A DNA stretch of 64,000 nucleotides from Asterias rubens (GCF_902459465.1 NC_047074.1:1426001-1490000); one strand, 5' to 3'; shown: positions 11,740-26,495, numbered from the stretch's first letter. The notes: generated by a model from the letters alone, not told the origin. Numbers and translations are program-made.

Positions 11740-12229
11740 TTGTTACTGAAATAAATCATAAATTTAGTTACAAAGGAATCACTGGCAATCTGCAGTAAAA
11801 GGGACACCATACCTTGGATCAGGCGAGTTTTAAACTGTTTGTTATGAAATGCATGGTTAGAAAGATGTTTCGACAATATAATAATGATCCACATGCCTCG
11901 AAATTGCACCGTTTTCCTTATACCTCGTGAACTAACACAGCACTCTAATTTATGGAGTCAAATTATTTACTCCACAAAACGGCCGACCGTGTTAGTTTGC
12001 AAAGTAAAACGAAAAACCACAAGATTTTGAGTGAGATTTTACTTCTTGAAGAATATACAAGTATTTATTTCCGGTTCGAAGTTTGCGGGAAGGTTTATAG
12101 ACATGCCAAATAGTGCATCACAATCTCATTACATTCAAACAATAGCACAAAGCCTGTCATAACAAATAATGAGTGCTGAGAGAAGACTAACAGGTGTTGA
12201 GGAGAACTGATAACTGTTGAAATTTTAAA

Positions 12230-12322
12230 TTTGTGGTGGTCGAACAAAGAACAAAATTGACTAGAGCAGGACTTGAACCACCGACCTCCAGGGTAACAGG
12301 CCAGTGCTCTACCAACTGACAT
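12230..12322 (-). mobile_element. tRNA-derived SINE head
   Basis: Minus strand CAGTTGGTAGAGCACTGGCC...GGTTCAAGTCC; related heads near 29350 and 34735. Confidence 0.55.
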
Positions 12323-14883
12323 ACTTCACGAAGGCAATAAAGACAATTGCCTCCATGCCCCCTGGTCATTGCCTTGGTGCCCTTGAAATGCTCCAGTATA
12401 AATTTACAATTTCCTCATAGGGTGCCCTTTACCAAAGAGAAAATGCCTTAGTGCTATTGCCCTTTCAAGAACGAAGCATACAGGCCTGTACCGAGTTATC
12501 TAGCGGTAGCCCTATAGATACCAGTCTACCAATATAAACTTACCAAAGCAAGAACTGATGAAGCTATGATCATGTAGGCTACTCAGCAGCAATTCACTTT
12601 AAGACAATCTCTAAATTTCCAAAATTCTTGTCAATTCAGAAGACATCACAGCATAGTCACAGCCCCCTGTTTCTCTTCAGTTCACATCATCTGTTTTGAC
12701 AAGGGAGAACGGACAGAGTATCAGAGCAAGCCTGTCTAGTGTACGGAGTGTGAACGCAAGAAACCCGAGATGATCACAGTAGGGGGAAATTAGTATGGAC
12801 ATCCTCGCTAAATTGCTTACCCCCCCCCCCCATGACTCAGAAAGAGTAGCCTACTGAGTGTACAGTGCTAACACACACTGTGTAAGGGTAAAAGTACTTA
12901 AATTAATATTCTTAAGGCCGAGTAAAAAAAGAAATGTTTAGCGTCTGGGTTTCTTAAAAAAGGGAAGGGGGAGGTTTTGGGGTTTTTTTTTTTCAAGATG
13001 GCCACCATTCTTTTTAAAATGTCAAATATCCATTGTTTTTTCTACTGCTCAAACACACAATACATAAATGAAACATTTTGGTCAAGACATTCAGATTTTT
13101 TTAGCTGAGATCGTTTAAAATAACCCTTTTCTCATAAAAAATAATAGAAAGAAATCAAACAAACTAAAATATAAAATAAAAATGTGCATCAAAAAAAAAA
13201 AGGAAAAAAGGAGGCGGCCTGTAAAAAAAAGGAAGCGGGCAGGGATGCTAAATATGTTTCTTTTCTTACTTGGCCTTTTCCCCAATGCAAACTTAGCATC
13301 TATTAAATCCACTGATTGTCGATGTTAATTAATAGGATCATTGCTCAACTGTTTTGCCAGATACATTTAATTGACACTCTGACTGCGTTTGGCATTGACA
13401 CCTTTGAACACTTTCCAGCATACAGCGTGCCTGTCGCAGCACATGTTAGCGGATGAATTCTAACCAATGATTAGAGAGGGTTACAAATTTGACATTTTGT
13501 AAACAAATTGTTGGGATGATGGGAAACGGTGGGGGGGATTGAAGTGTTAAAGAGAAGTAAAACATCTTGGTAACACTTAATTTGATCCATATTTCTATAA
13601 TAAATAAGTATCAAGGTCATATCCTGAAATTACATTATTTTTTCCAATATTTCTCATTTCAATTTAGTCTCTCGAACATTTAGAGTGTAGAATATTATTT
13701 ATAAAACAAATTCATTAACTTTTTTCAAGAAAAATTGCTTCCAAAAGTTTTAAAACAATAAGATGTCTCTTGGCGTATGGTGATAAGTTATAATCATGAA
13801 TGAATAGTCTGTAAATGAGTGAACAAGGCTTCTGTAAGATATTGGTTGACACTATATTGATAAATAATTGCTACTTCTAGGTACACAGAGCAGCGCTGTG
13901 CTAGCCAGGCATGTAAGGAATGGCTATTAGACCAGTCATACACATTCCAGTGCAGTCATTTCAGTTCCATGTAGTATTTTATCATCCATTGATGCTACCA
14001 AGAAAAGGAAGTGAGTAAAGCAATTAAGAAAAGCTAAATAGACACAAAATTAATAAAAACAAAAGCAGGCCTTGGATAACTCAAGGGACCAAACAAACAA
14101 AAACATTTTTTATGTATATATTTAAAGGCCACTGAGAAACTAAAATGTTCTAGAACGTTTGTTTAAACTTGTACAATGTAGTTGATTTCCTGTGAAGCTG
14201 TTAACAAAAAGAAAAATAGATAAATTTATAAAAAATTAAAGATCTATCTCAACAAAAACCTTTTCCTTGGTCAAACCATCTTTGCTTGTGATTTTGTTTC
14301 TTTTCTCATTTGTATGAATCGCATAGAGAAATAAACTTTAAAAAAATTTGTTATTGAATTTCCAAGAGTCAATATTATAGACAAGTAAATTAATTGGTTA
14401 CGCAACATGTGTGTCAACTGTTACACAGCTAGAACTGGAGCCTGGTTCAAACTTCTTGCCAATGCGAATGCGACTCCCAATTTTGATGTCACAAATTAAA
14501 ATGAGTTAAAATGTGCTCAAGTCCTGTGAAACGGAGCCATGACGTACATTATGAACCGGGCTTGATTCTCTGTCTGTTGAACTTTGGAGCAGCATGGGTG
14601 TTGCTAAGGGCGTCCTATACTTCAATGCAGGATCGATGACGCGGCAATCCGGCCGTAGCCGTAGCCGTAGCCGTAGCCGCCAATTCGGATACGGCCTACG
14701 TTAGCCTAAATCATGTGACATCTGGGCCAAATTTCATAGACCTGCTTAACGGCCGATTAAAAAAGGGTAGGCCTAGCCCTAGACCCAGTAACTGGGGCGC
14801 TGTATTATTTTTTTCTAAATTGAAGTCAATATCGGTTGTAATTTTGTCATTTGTGATCGTAGTACGACCGATGATGACAAAAT

Positions 14884-15208
14884 TTGCGATAATGTAACCC
14901 TCCTCCAGGCGGTCGAACTCCGGCTTTGCCATCAGGAGGAGGGCATCAATGGCAACTAGGATGGGATACAACTTACAACTTTTAAGTTAGTTGACCCCGA
15001 TAACGTAACCCTCCCGACGGCGAAAATGGAGGCCTCTGGCTTCGCAGTCAGGAGGAGGGCGTCAATGGCAACTAACTTTTTCAAGACGTATTCCATCCTA
15101 GTTCAGTTGCGATAATGTAACCCTCCTCCGATCCTGACGGCAAAGCTGGAGTCCTCACTACACACAAGGCTGACTGCGCCGTCAGGAGGAGGGCGTTAAT
15201 CGCAACTA
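14884..15208. repeat. Three tandem ~75-105 bp hairpin elements with conserved stems and variable loops
   Basis: Each has GATAAYGTAACCCTCC...TCAGGAGGAGGGCRTYAATSGCAACTA. Units at about 14884-14958, 14988-15074 and 15105-15208. Confidence 0.75.
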
Positions 15209-18200
15209 TCTAATACCATAACCATGTATACAAAAGTCAGCTTTTCCTGACTAAAAAATCCACCCTAAAAAGAGTCAGCCCCAAAAAGTCACTTCGTACT
15301 TACCAAAAAATAAATAGTGGCTTCTTGGACACTGGGTTGCATGTGTCATCGAACAGATTTGTGTGTGTTGACATCTGCACAACATGCACTGACTGATTGT
15401 CTCCTGCACTACAGGAAAATCATCAGCTGATCGGCGGTCGGTAACGCAAAATCGGGGTTGTTATTTGTAACACAGTTCAGCAGCCAACGTGTCCAAAAAC
15501 AACTCAGCTAGGTCATGGAAACCATTATCTTACCAAGGTGAGCACTGCCAGTGCCAACACCACATTATTCTATTCACAAACACCTGACACATTCCTCCTG
15601 CCAAAAACTGATGGTCCAATGGTCCAAATGTTTCCCTATGCCATTGACGCAGAGGGCGCTTCATAAGGCAACGTGCTGTGGGCGGAGTGTGTGGTTGGAA
15701 AGTGGGGGGGGGCACCACAATCTAGAGTCTGTAACAAATCTGTTTTTATACTAACCAGTACTTCAAAAACTTTAAATTTATTTCCAAATTTGTCAGACGT
15801 GATAACAGATAAACAACTGAGAATTCTTAATGCAGTTCTAATCACAAATTAAATACCAGGATAGCTTTTGCGAAAGTCAGAAATTAAATGTAGTTTAACA
15901 AAATCAGTTCATACCTTCTTGCACCAAATATTTCTAGAAGATAATATATTTGCCAGCATAATATACCAGTTAATTACAATAAAAGACCATTAACGCCTCA
16001 TAATTTGCCCTAAACATTTTTATTCCAATGAAAATAAATTAACATAAATAGATTAGAAGCTATTAAATTTGCCATGTTTAAAACTACAGGATTGCGTTTT
16101 CCTCTCACAATAACCTACTGTTCTCATTAAAATAATTCTATCAAAATAGTTTTTGGAACATAAAGGGAGTATGACATAAATCAAAACTTGTTTTACCAAG
16201 AAACTTTCACAAAACCAAACAGTGGAATTCTACTGATAGTTCTCAAGTTTCAATAAGAAACAATGTTTTTTTGAACATAAGGCTAGCATTTTCAAGTTTG
16301 TTTCAATCTGTCATTATGCATTCATCAATTCCTTTAAAGACAAGTACTTTTGGTAATTATCATCAAAGAACTGTATCCCCACTGAATGGATCCCAACATG
16401 CATAAAAACATGGTTTCAGCTTGTGTAAGGTTGTCTGCTTTCAGATTGCTGAGACCTCAAGCTTTTCTCAGTTTGTTGCGTCGAAAATTACCCCTTTCAA
16501 TTACCCACTTGTAGAGTTTTTATACCCCCTGAAACTAAACTTCAAAGGGCGGCCTTCTACCAATGTTTTATAATTGAAAAAATCTCCAGTGCTCTTCACC
16601 GTTTTTACAGTAATAAAGTTTGTTTGAGTAATTACCAAAAGTAAATATTGCCGTTAGCAGATGAAAGCACTCAAGATTGAACAAGATATGTCAACAACAT
16701 TTTTTACCACAATGATTTTATTAAACAACAAATTCCTTGAGTGCTCTGCATTTTGACCATCGTTCCTTTTGGTTGGTACACAGTACAACAGCTAATTCTA
16801 GTTCCTCAAAATAACCAACAGCACCACTGTTGCTGTGGTCATTCTGCAAGGTGTCAAACAAACTGTTTTAAGTGCCCCCTTTTCCAGAGGAAATTGCTGT
16901 GCCTCTTCAGGAGCGAAGTTCAAGACCTGACCCCTTCATAATCAATAAATCTTGAAGCAAATCAAACCCAGAAAAATATAGAGGCACCATGGTAGGTAGC
17001 ATTTCTAAATATACAAGTTACAGTAACTCATTTTTACATTAATCTTTTTTTTTTCTTCATGCTTTTTTTAAGACAGTGTTGAAACCTACGACAAACCTAA
17101 AGTTAATTAAACCTTTAAAAAAAAATATGATATTGACAAAATAATGCTGTTTCCAGAAAATGGATTATCTGCACTTTTTTATAACATCTACCTAGAACTC
17201 CTGAGACAAAAATATATTAAACAGTACTGGACTTGGGTACAAATATTTAAAGAGTACTTCAATACTAAAAAAACCCACTGCAATAGACCCATTGCACAAT
17301 GCGCAACGCACTTGCACGCGCATCTCCATTTCGCCATTTTTGGTGTCAAAACATACACATGTTTACACACTTTCGAACAATGTGTGTCTACCATTTCTGC
17401 CTTTTTGGGAGAGTATATTCCTTTTGTGCCCGTTTTGACACACACAATGGCAGACAGGAGATGTGCGCATATGTGCGCTGCATGTTTTGCAAGGGGTCTA
17501 TAGAGCTTGAAACAGTACGGCACAAAAGGCATCGATAGCTTTTGAATGTAAGCCACAACATTCACTTTCAATTTGAAAAAGTACTGGATAACTAACATAA
17601 TATAAACTACTCAATCAATGATTTAGTAAATCAATCATTGAACAAATCAATCAACCAATCAGTCAATCAATTAATTAATCGATCAATCAACCAACCTTTC
17701 ATGCAATCAATTAAGCGACCAATCAATCAATAAAAATCAATCAAATACATCCACAGTTATTAAAACATGAGTAGTTTGTAATCGATTAACTAACCGATCT
17801 ATCAATCAAATCCATAAATCCATTCAAATGAAATCAGTCATCAAAACATGATTCTTTTCAAATCAATTAAATTATTTTTTAACATTTAAAGATAATATAA
17901 AGGAAAACGATTCAAGCACTCAATCAATAGATCAAAATCGGTAGGCAAAACAAATATTGGAAGTTCCAAAAATCTATAAAAAGAAATAACTTACCAATCA
18001 ATAAATAAATCAATCAAACCCAATAACGAAAACAATCTTGAACCTCACCGATAAATCAAGTATTCAAGACTGAAAAGCAGAAACCAAACAACCCAATAAA
18101 CCATGTGGGCTCAATTTCAAAGAGCTGCTCAAGCATAAACTAATGCTCAGCTTAACAATTTAGCAGAAATGAGCAGGATACCAGCCACAAATTGTACATG

Positions 18201-18411
18201 TGACATGGCAGTTAAGCTGGTTTCTGGTAAGCATATTTGTTTATGCTTAGCTACTATGTTTGCTTAAGTAGCTCCACCAAACTTTACCCTGATCAATAAA
18301 TGAAGACTAACTCATACTTAAGAAATCCCAAAACAACCAATAAGATTATGGCAAGGATAATTACCCCTGCTTTGTTTGCGCAGGTGGGAAATTTCCAATA
18401 AGGCTGAGGGG

Positions 18412-19500
18412 TCAGTTCTTCTTGACCGGTAGAGAGACAAATGGTAGAATACCCTGCAGCTGGTAGAAAAAAAACACAACAATGTATTTGAATGAGGGCC
18501 AGTTGGAGGGTTATTCACATACACTGGACACCTTTGGTAATTGTCAAAGACCACTTTTTTCACTTGGCTAATTGGTGTATAGAAGAGGTTTCTGCAAAGT
18601 ATAGGAAGATGATATGCATAAAGTATTACAAACCTGTGAAAATTTGAGCTCAATCGGTCATCGAAGTTGAAAGAGAATAGTGAAGGAAAAATAACCCTTG
18701 TTGCACAATTAATTTGTGTGCTTTCGGGTGCCTAAAAATTGCTTCAGGCCCAAAGTCTTTTAATATTCGAGTGAGAAATGACCGCTTTCTCAAATACTAC
18801 ATTACTTCAGAGGGAGCCATTTCTCACAATGTTTCAGACAATCAAAAGATATCCATTGCTCGTAACCAAGTAAGTTTTTATGCTAACAATTATTGTGAGT
18901 CATTTAATACCAATAGTGTCCACTGCCTTTAAGCTTCTCTAAGCATGTTCAAAATTTAAATTTAATTTGAAGGCAATTTAAACAAATGAAGAAAATGTGT
19001 GTAAGACTCACCCAAACTGTTGGATTGCGCTTCAGGTATTGGTTTCGTAAATGGCAACTGTGGAGATAAAAAATTATATATTCATATTAAATTCTCAATA
19101 AATAACTAAATTCTAGTGACAATGAACATCGCTTGATTCATCAATAATTTATGTCCTTAGGTAAGACACTTTGTTTACATGATTTTATAGAGGTTATAAT
19201 TGCTGGCACATTTTAGTGAACCAATTCAAGGTGTTGTGAGCAAGCATGGCCTGCTAAAAAAAAATAGCGCCGGGCACGGCAAGATTGATTATCCCAGAGA
19301 ACGAGGTAGGCCATGGCCCTTTCTTCCCCTGGTCTTGGCCTTGGTGCCCCTTCATAAGTTTCCCTCAGACTTTAAGATTTTTCAAAAGAAAGAGCTGTTT
19401 GCCAAATGAACATGGCCTTGCCCTCTTAACGATGGAATTCTAGGCCTAACAGCTAACACCTTTGTTTTACCAATTAAATCCGTATTTTCACATCTTCATC

Positions 19501-19535
<35 letters not shown>

Positions 19536-22500
19536 GAGTCGTATATAGCGCCGGTATTCCCCACAAAGAGGCTCATGGCGCTCGCTCAGGATACAAAAAA
19601 AAAAACAGTTCAAAAGAAAGGAACAGAAAAAGTTTGTGGAGAGTCGCTGGTCCTTGTTTAACTGCAAAGAGGTGGGTTCTGAGGACAGTTTTGAAAGAAG
19701 ATGTATCTTATGGACTTACCTAAACATAATATGACCATGGGTACCGAGTCCAGCAAAGATATGCCACCAGCCGTGCAACTGAAGAACTGCTGGAACTGGG
19801 AAATCCGAACGAGCTTGCCTGCAGGGAAAACAAAAAACAAAAAATCAATAAACGAATATTGCAGAATGGTTTATTTAAAAACAATCAGAAATTTGCGGTC
19901 CAACGATCGAATAAAATTTTATGGAAATTACTGTTAGAATTTACTCATTGAAAGAAGAAAGTTGTAACATTAAAAGTTGAAAGGTTTGAGGGTTTTGGCA
20001 GTGAATACATTTAAAGGATTATATTTCTTTCGCAAGTATTGTTTAAAAAATGCTTTTTATTTGAGCATAAGAAAAATAATACATAAAATGTATTTGGCTG
20101 GTTAAAAAAAAAAAAAAAAGGCAGGGGGTTTCTTGAGTTTGAACATGCAGGAAATTGCAGAAATGTTTTGTTTCAATATTATCGTTCTTATTTAAAGAGC
20201 AAAAAAATTATTTCTTAAAACCAAAACGTTGTCTTACAGGAGGGAAAAACAGCTACATGCTTGAGTGAGCGGGGGGAAAAGGACGGGTTATTCCTATATT
20301 TTGGTGACTGAAATAAGCGATTAGCTTTTTTTGAACAAGATGCAAAATAAATTGTAGATAAAATTCATTCTTTATGTCAAAATGCTGCAAAGAAGCGAGT
20401 TCAAAATGTTGGAATTGACAAGCAAACCACAGACCTCTTCTCACTTCAACTTCAGAGTTGTGTTCCTGACAAAAAGGGTAGAGGTCAAGATGTTAAACCT
20501 CTGACATTTATTTATGTTTTATTTGCGGGATGAAATGTCGGGCCTGTAGACCTACGCGTATGTGCATTCTCTCTTATTTCAGACCCAGAACCTCCCAGAT
20601 GTTAAAATTCAGGAGGTAACAAGCATCGGAGAGCTATTGATAGTAAAAAACATTGTGACAAAACGGCTCCCTCTAAAGTAACGTAGGTTTGATTTCACGA
20701 AACGCTAGCATTAATCCCAACTTGAGTTAGGACGAGTAACACGTTCTTACTTAGGATGGGTTCAATGCGTCCTACATACTTTTATAGGGAACTTAACTCG
20801 CACTAAGTCCTAAGAATAATCCTAACTTAGAAAAAGTTTGGTGAAATTGACGACAGTGCCTTTAAATCAAGCACCCTACCTTATTTGACTGCAGAAGGAT
20901 TGGTCTATCACCCACAGGACGAACCCAGCTGTATACAAGACAATCGAGTAAACAAACAGAAAGGCGGAAAAATCCTGCTTGCTGTTGACAAACAGATACA
21001 AAATATGAATAAATATAACAATAATAGTGCCTGTTTATTTGTTTGTTTGTTTGTTTGTTGTTCCTTTGTTTGTTTTATTTCCATTCATACAACAAATGTC
21101 AATTCATACAAGATGATAAAAAGACAAGAGCGAATTACGCCATGATATTGAATATTTATGTATGCATATGGGTGTCATCCGAGAGGACAAGGCCTTTTAT
21201 AGTGGAGCATCCAAGACTGCTGTCAAATTACAAAAAAGGTAGATACGGTTGGGGGTGTTAAAACAGCTCATTTCAGTTGCAAAAAAATCACAATACAACA
21301 ATACTAAATTAAACTAAGAATAAATAAATACATTGTGGGGTGTTGTGGCTGAGCGGATAAGAGCACCAAATTTAAGCTCTGGTGTTTCTGTTCAGCAGAG
21401 TGTCGATTCGAGAGGGTCTGTTTAAGAAAGAATAACTTACTTGATTAAAACACAGTAGAGACCTCTGAATATCAGCCCAAACACTTGAAGAGCATAGGCT
21501 GCCTGGTGGTTGAAAAGTCGGAAAGAACAAAAAATGCGTTAATTTATTTTTGAGAGTGTAAATGTAACTCTATGTGGCTGTTGGGAAAAAACACACAAAA
21601 ATTTCGTTTTTTTTTAGGGCATACAAAATGGAATTCCGGGTTTAAGAAGCCATTATTATTAACACAGCATAAAGAGACTTACCTGATGGAATATAGGATC
21701 TTTAGTTAAGATATAAATGAAGGTGACTGCCACAGCGTAGAGCAATAGTGCTGCTGCTAAAGGATAATTATGACTCTTCGGCTTCGCATTGCTTTCATAG
21801 CTGAAATGGAATGAAGAGAAGAAAAGGTTAGTTTCTACACAGAGCATAATTATTAAGGGAATAAAAGGGTAGCGGCAAGTTCTCACACGGCGTTTAAAGC
21901 CGGCAGGGCCGAATTGCCGTGTGATAAAAGCCGAGCTGAAGGCGAGGGCCTTTAGCGCACGGCAATTCGACCCTGCAAGGTTTTAAACGGACGTTTAAGA
22001 ATGAGTCACTACTCTTTTATTCCCATTCATAAATGCCCTTTTGTTAAAAAACATTAAAAAAATACAATTACAGACACTTTGACAGTTGAAACATTGAGAT
22101 TTGAGATTCAAAAACTTTTGAGAAGAGTCTGTTGCGCGTGGGTTGTGTGTACGCACTTAGAAATATATTACGCACTGTTACTAATAGCTATGAATTGCAT
22201 TCCGCGTGATAATCTTGCGCGCCTGACACGCGGAAGCCAGCCGGTTATAAACACTGGTCATTATCAACAGTTTAAACACCCCCACGTGACGCGCTCTCCA
22301 CCAATAGGAGTAAAGAAACTGTCTGGGGTATTTATGAATCCTGTTTTAACAGTGTTTCTGTAGAGAGTGGGTTTGAGTCCCGGTCATGACACTCAACAAC
22401 AACTGCTGCTCTCCACCCAGGGGTAAATGGGTACCTGTGAGGGCAAAGATGGTTCTTGTGATTGGTTTAGCTTTAGTAGTAGTAACGAAGGGACGTAAAG

Positions 22501-25237
22501 CCATTGGTCCCATGTGTTGTGTAACGCATGTAAAAGAACCCAGTGCACTTATCGAAAAGGTGTTCCTGGCTGTGGCTGCTGTATGCGCCGTAGCCCCAAG
22601 TAAACCCTTAGGTGCTAAATAATTGGGTCTCAGAATTCATCACTACAATAACCTATCTTTCTGAACGTTTGTAAATAATACTCGGCGCCCTGAATACCTT
22701 GTTTGGTAGATACTCGCGCTATATAAGACTTGATAATATTACTATTATTATTAAAATTTGTTGCACACGTTACACTCCCAAGGAAGCTGAGATGGTTTAA
22801 GGAATGAACTAAAAAGCCAAGTGACCAGGGGTAATGATGTTGAGGCACTTTGAGAAGACCTTCGGGTGTGTAAAGCGCGATATGTAAAAACGGATTAACA
22901 TTATTAGTATTACCAGCATGCATACTTACAAAGCGTATAGAAACACACAGGAACCCCAGATCATCGGCAGCTCATCCAACAACTACGGACAGGCAGACAG
23001 GAAAATTGGAACATTACCAAAAGACACATGATTTGACTTTCAATGAACCATTATCTCTTGCCCAACTGCCCTGTGCCACAAAACACCACAGGAGACTGTG
23101 AAAAGTGTCCACAGGCAGGAATGGAATTAAACACAGACCACGGAGGCCATGGCCTTCCTTGCATTTGGTCTTGGCCTTGCACGCCCCTTTAAAGATTAAA
23201 TTCTAGGCGTACACAAGCCAGATGGGGTGTCAAGGCCTGTATGCTTTGTTTTTGAAAGGCCAAGGGCACCAAGGCATTTCCTCCTAAGTAAAGGGCACCC
23301 TATGAGGAAATTGTAACTTTCTACGGGAGAACTTCAAACTTTTTAAGGGAACCAAGGCAATGAACAGGGGGCATATAAAGCAATCCTCTTTGATTCTTCC
23401 GTGAAGTATCAGGCCTGACATTACAAGCTGTACACATAGAACAGATCAATTTTGTAGTTTATGCAAGTCTGGTACCTACCTGCATTTCATATAAAAGCGT
23501 CATGTGGAAGCACCAGGACCCAAGACCAACAGCTGTAGTCAATAGTAACAATAAATCAATGTGGCTTTAGTCGGTAATACCGTGTATTATTTATATTTAA
23601 CAATTAGGGAGGAAAACAATTTCAAAACTTAATAAATAGTCTTACATGAACACGTAGCTCCAAGAGACATAACAAGGGCTCAATTTCAAAAAGATTTACT
23701 TTAACTGTGAAGCAATCGTTATTGCTAAACAGATCACCATAGTGATACTAACAACTCATTTTAAAATAAACCTTAGTTAGCGCTCTGTGAAAATCAAGCA
23801 ATGGAACCGGTATCAGATTAAAATGAATGCCACCAGGACCCAATCATAAAGCCTGTAAGCACAAATTTACATTTATTGCTTATTGCTTGTTACTGGTATT
23901 CAGCTGTTGTTTACTTATCCTGAAAATCATGTGGAAATTTGGTTGGTAATCCTGTTTTTATCAAGGAAGAAATTTCATGCTAAGCAAATTTTTGTGCTTA
24001 CATATTTTTTGAAATTGGGCCCAGTACTTACGCTAGTTCTTCTACAATTTATATGTGCACTACAATACTTTTTCAGCCCTTGAGATATTTGGTGTCTTTG
24101 TAAGTAACAAGAAGTGTACCCATGGTTTACTCCCAGAACTATGAGGTTCGCTCCGCTATTCGTGGAGCTATAGCCGAACCATAGTTCTTGGAGTACATGA
24201 ATGTGGCTAAGCACAGAAATATATACTTACAAAGGAAGGCGAGGCAAGACCAGTAGAAACGACGCTCAACTTTACACATCGAGATATAATACAAAGACAG
24301 CAGTGGTGGGATAATCATGGAGATATTGCTGATTGTGTTCCCTGCCGTGGTACAAAACAAATGACTGTGAACAGTGTGATTGTAAATGATGATTGAAGTA
24401 AATTCCTATTTATTAAAGTTGAAATCCTCACAATATAAGAATCACATGACAATGTACATTTACACTACTACTACTTACCAACTTACTCCTGCCTGGATAT
24501 GAAATTGTTACGACTCTATCTAATCGTCTTCACTTGAGACAATAAAAAAACAACGGGGCCAAAACTTTCCTTCGGATAATCTTACAACTACCTAGGATAA
24601 AATTTTTCCTTTCCTTCCATTCCATATCCTGCAGCCATTTCTTGTTTGCAGATGCAATTGCAGTCATAATTTTTACAATAAAATAAGGAAAAATTATCTC
24701 ATTTCATTTCAGTTTTTCACTCAGTAAACATGGTGGTAAAAAAAAAAAAATTGATAACGAATGAAAAAGTGGTGGCAGGCAGGGTACGGACACCCAGTTT
24801 GCGGTGTCTACTCCATCCTCTTTTCCTTGCTCTATGGCCTATGCTCCATAGTATCATGGAGGAATAAATTTATTCCTCCATGATAGTATAGAGTCTTTTA
24901 TTGACCATGCCGTTGTAACCATATGTTATGATGTATTTGTTTACACGGGTTAAGTTATAACACAAGAAAGAAGCGTGTACTCTGCACACAACGTGTGTGC
25001 GTGTGTGTGTGAATGGAACTTGTTTATAATTCTAATTGACAAAAACACAATAATGTTCGGCGATGCTAACTACTGACAGTAACCATCAATTTAACAACCA
25101 AACCCCTCAAATGAAAGCTCAAAATGTTACTTACAGAACTCAGCAATATATGGAGTCACAACGTAGTTTTCTTCGCACCAATCAAGGGTTGAAGTAGGCT
25201 CTCCCCACACTCCATCGAGGTCTACGAGCGGCGCCAT
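18412..25237 (-). CDS. ACER3: Alkaline ceramidase 3-like, copy A (10 coding exons, 264 aa)
   Basis: Exons 25135-25237, 24231-24341, 23480-23532, 22930-22982, 21683-21800, 21441-21502, 20880-20981, 19720-19818, 19012-19057, 18412-18459. All GT-AG, phase-consistent, total 795 nt. Motifs [38 protein letters not shown]. Confidence 0.95.
18521..18928. mobile_element. Kolobok-like MITE family A copy
   Basis: ACACTGGACAC ... GTGTCCACTGCCT-TTAA; same body as other copies. Lies in the last intron of ACER3 copy A. Confidence 0.7.
22370..22625 (+). mobile_element. tRNA-derived SINE (5'-truncated)
   Basis: GGGTTTGAGTCCCGGTCATGACAC and GAACCCAGTGCACTTATCG motifs shared with 35970-36230 and 59310-59600. 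Confidence 0.6.
23837..24021. mobile_element. PIF/Harbinger-like MITE with CAG TSD
   Basis: CAG-GACCCAATCAT ... GAAATTGGGCC-CAG. Confidence 0.7.
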
Positions 25238-26495
25238 TTTGTTTAAAGTTTGCCTGGTAAGATTTCACTAGCGACGTTTCCACGTGTAAATGGTATGGGT
25301 ACCAGTTGAAAGGATGCAACAAGCAGCAGGGTGCGGGGCTAAAGTTGGCTGGGTGTGGCAGGGGGGGGGGGTGAACTACCTTTGGATGTTGTGTTGTACC
25401 TAAAACTAATGAAAACCCCTTCAAAGCTTTCTGAAATTGAAGTTTTGAAATAATACTTCTTTTTTGTCTGTATGCCTAAAGTTTGAAATAATTTTGTTTG
25501 AATATATCTTTGAGATATTGCCAACTTTTTATTTAAGAATTTTAAATGCACCACTTTTTCGTGAGAACCATTCAAAATTGTATTAAATTGTTCACTGTTT
25601 TTAGAAGTAGAATACAAGTTTAATTTTTATCTTTGCCCAAAATATAAGATAAATTGTGATATAAAACTAAAAATGGGGGAAAAAACTTGCACTATAAATA
25701 CAACTACAAATTACAAACATTTCATAAATAAGAAGTTTATAGTCATCCGTTTCTTTATTATCTGAATGTAGCAATTTCACAACCAAGATATACAAATTAC
25801 TACAAAATCTATCATGATATAATATTCTTCTTACAAAATAGTACCTTTTTTAAGTCACAAAAACAAATTTCAGTACATGATTTCTCCTGACTATCCAAAA
25901 TAGAATTAAAGAAAGGGTATACTTTTGGTAATTTTCAAAGACCAGTTTCCTCACTTGGTGTTTCTCAACATATGCATAAAATAACAAACATGTAAAAGTT
26001 GGGGTTCAATTGATCTTCAAAGTTGAAAAAAAAAACAAATGAAAACAAAAACACCCTTATTGCGTAGAACTGTTTGCTTTTAGATGCCTGAGAATCTCAG
26101 ATTCAAATCTTGGGGTTTAAATTACCTCTTTCTCTCCAAAACTACATTATTTAAAAAGAGATCATTTTTGATTGTTTTATAGTATCAACAACTTTCAAGT
26201 GAGCACTCTTTATGCTTACCAAGTTTAACGGTCATTAACTACCAAAAGTATACCCTGCCAAAATATTTTTCACTTTGTTTTTCGTACTAAGACTTGAGTT
26301 GCATACAAACGTATAAATAACAAACTATAAGATTTGAAGACTATTATCCAAATAAAAACAGAGAATGTTTGCATGATTTTGGCATCTTGTATCACTGACA
26401 ACAAATATATAAAACAATTATTACAGATATTGCATATTGATTATGTAATCAATATTAGTACTGAAGACAAAAAATGTATTTATCATTCAAACCCA

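Noticed and set aside
17610-17830. (CAAT)n, and elsewhere (TAA)n, (TTTG)n and ACTAGT-rich tracts
   Set aside because: Ordinary simple repeats.
15534-18320. ACER3-A to BTB read-through via a donor near 18318
   Set aside because: Only isolated splice-like motifs; cannot be supported without transcripts.
21100-21220. Possible ACER3-A exon
   Set aside because: Stop codon before any donor; the true exon is 20880-20981, which restores frame and homology.
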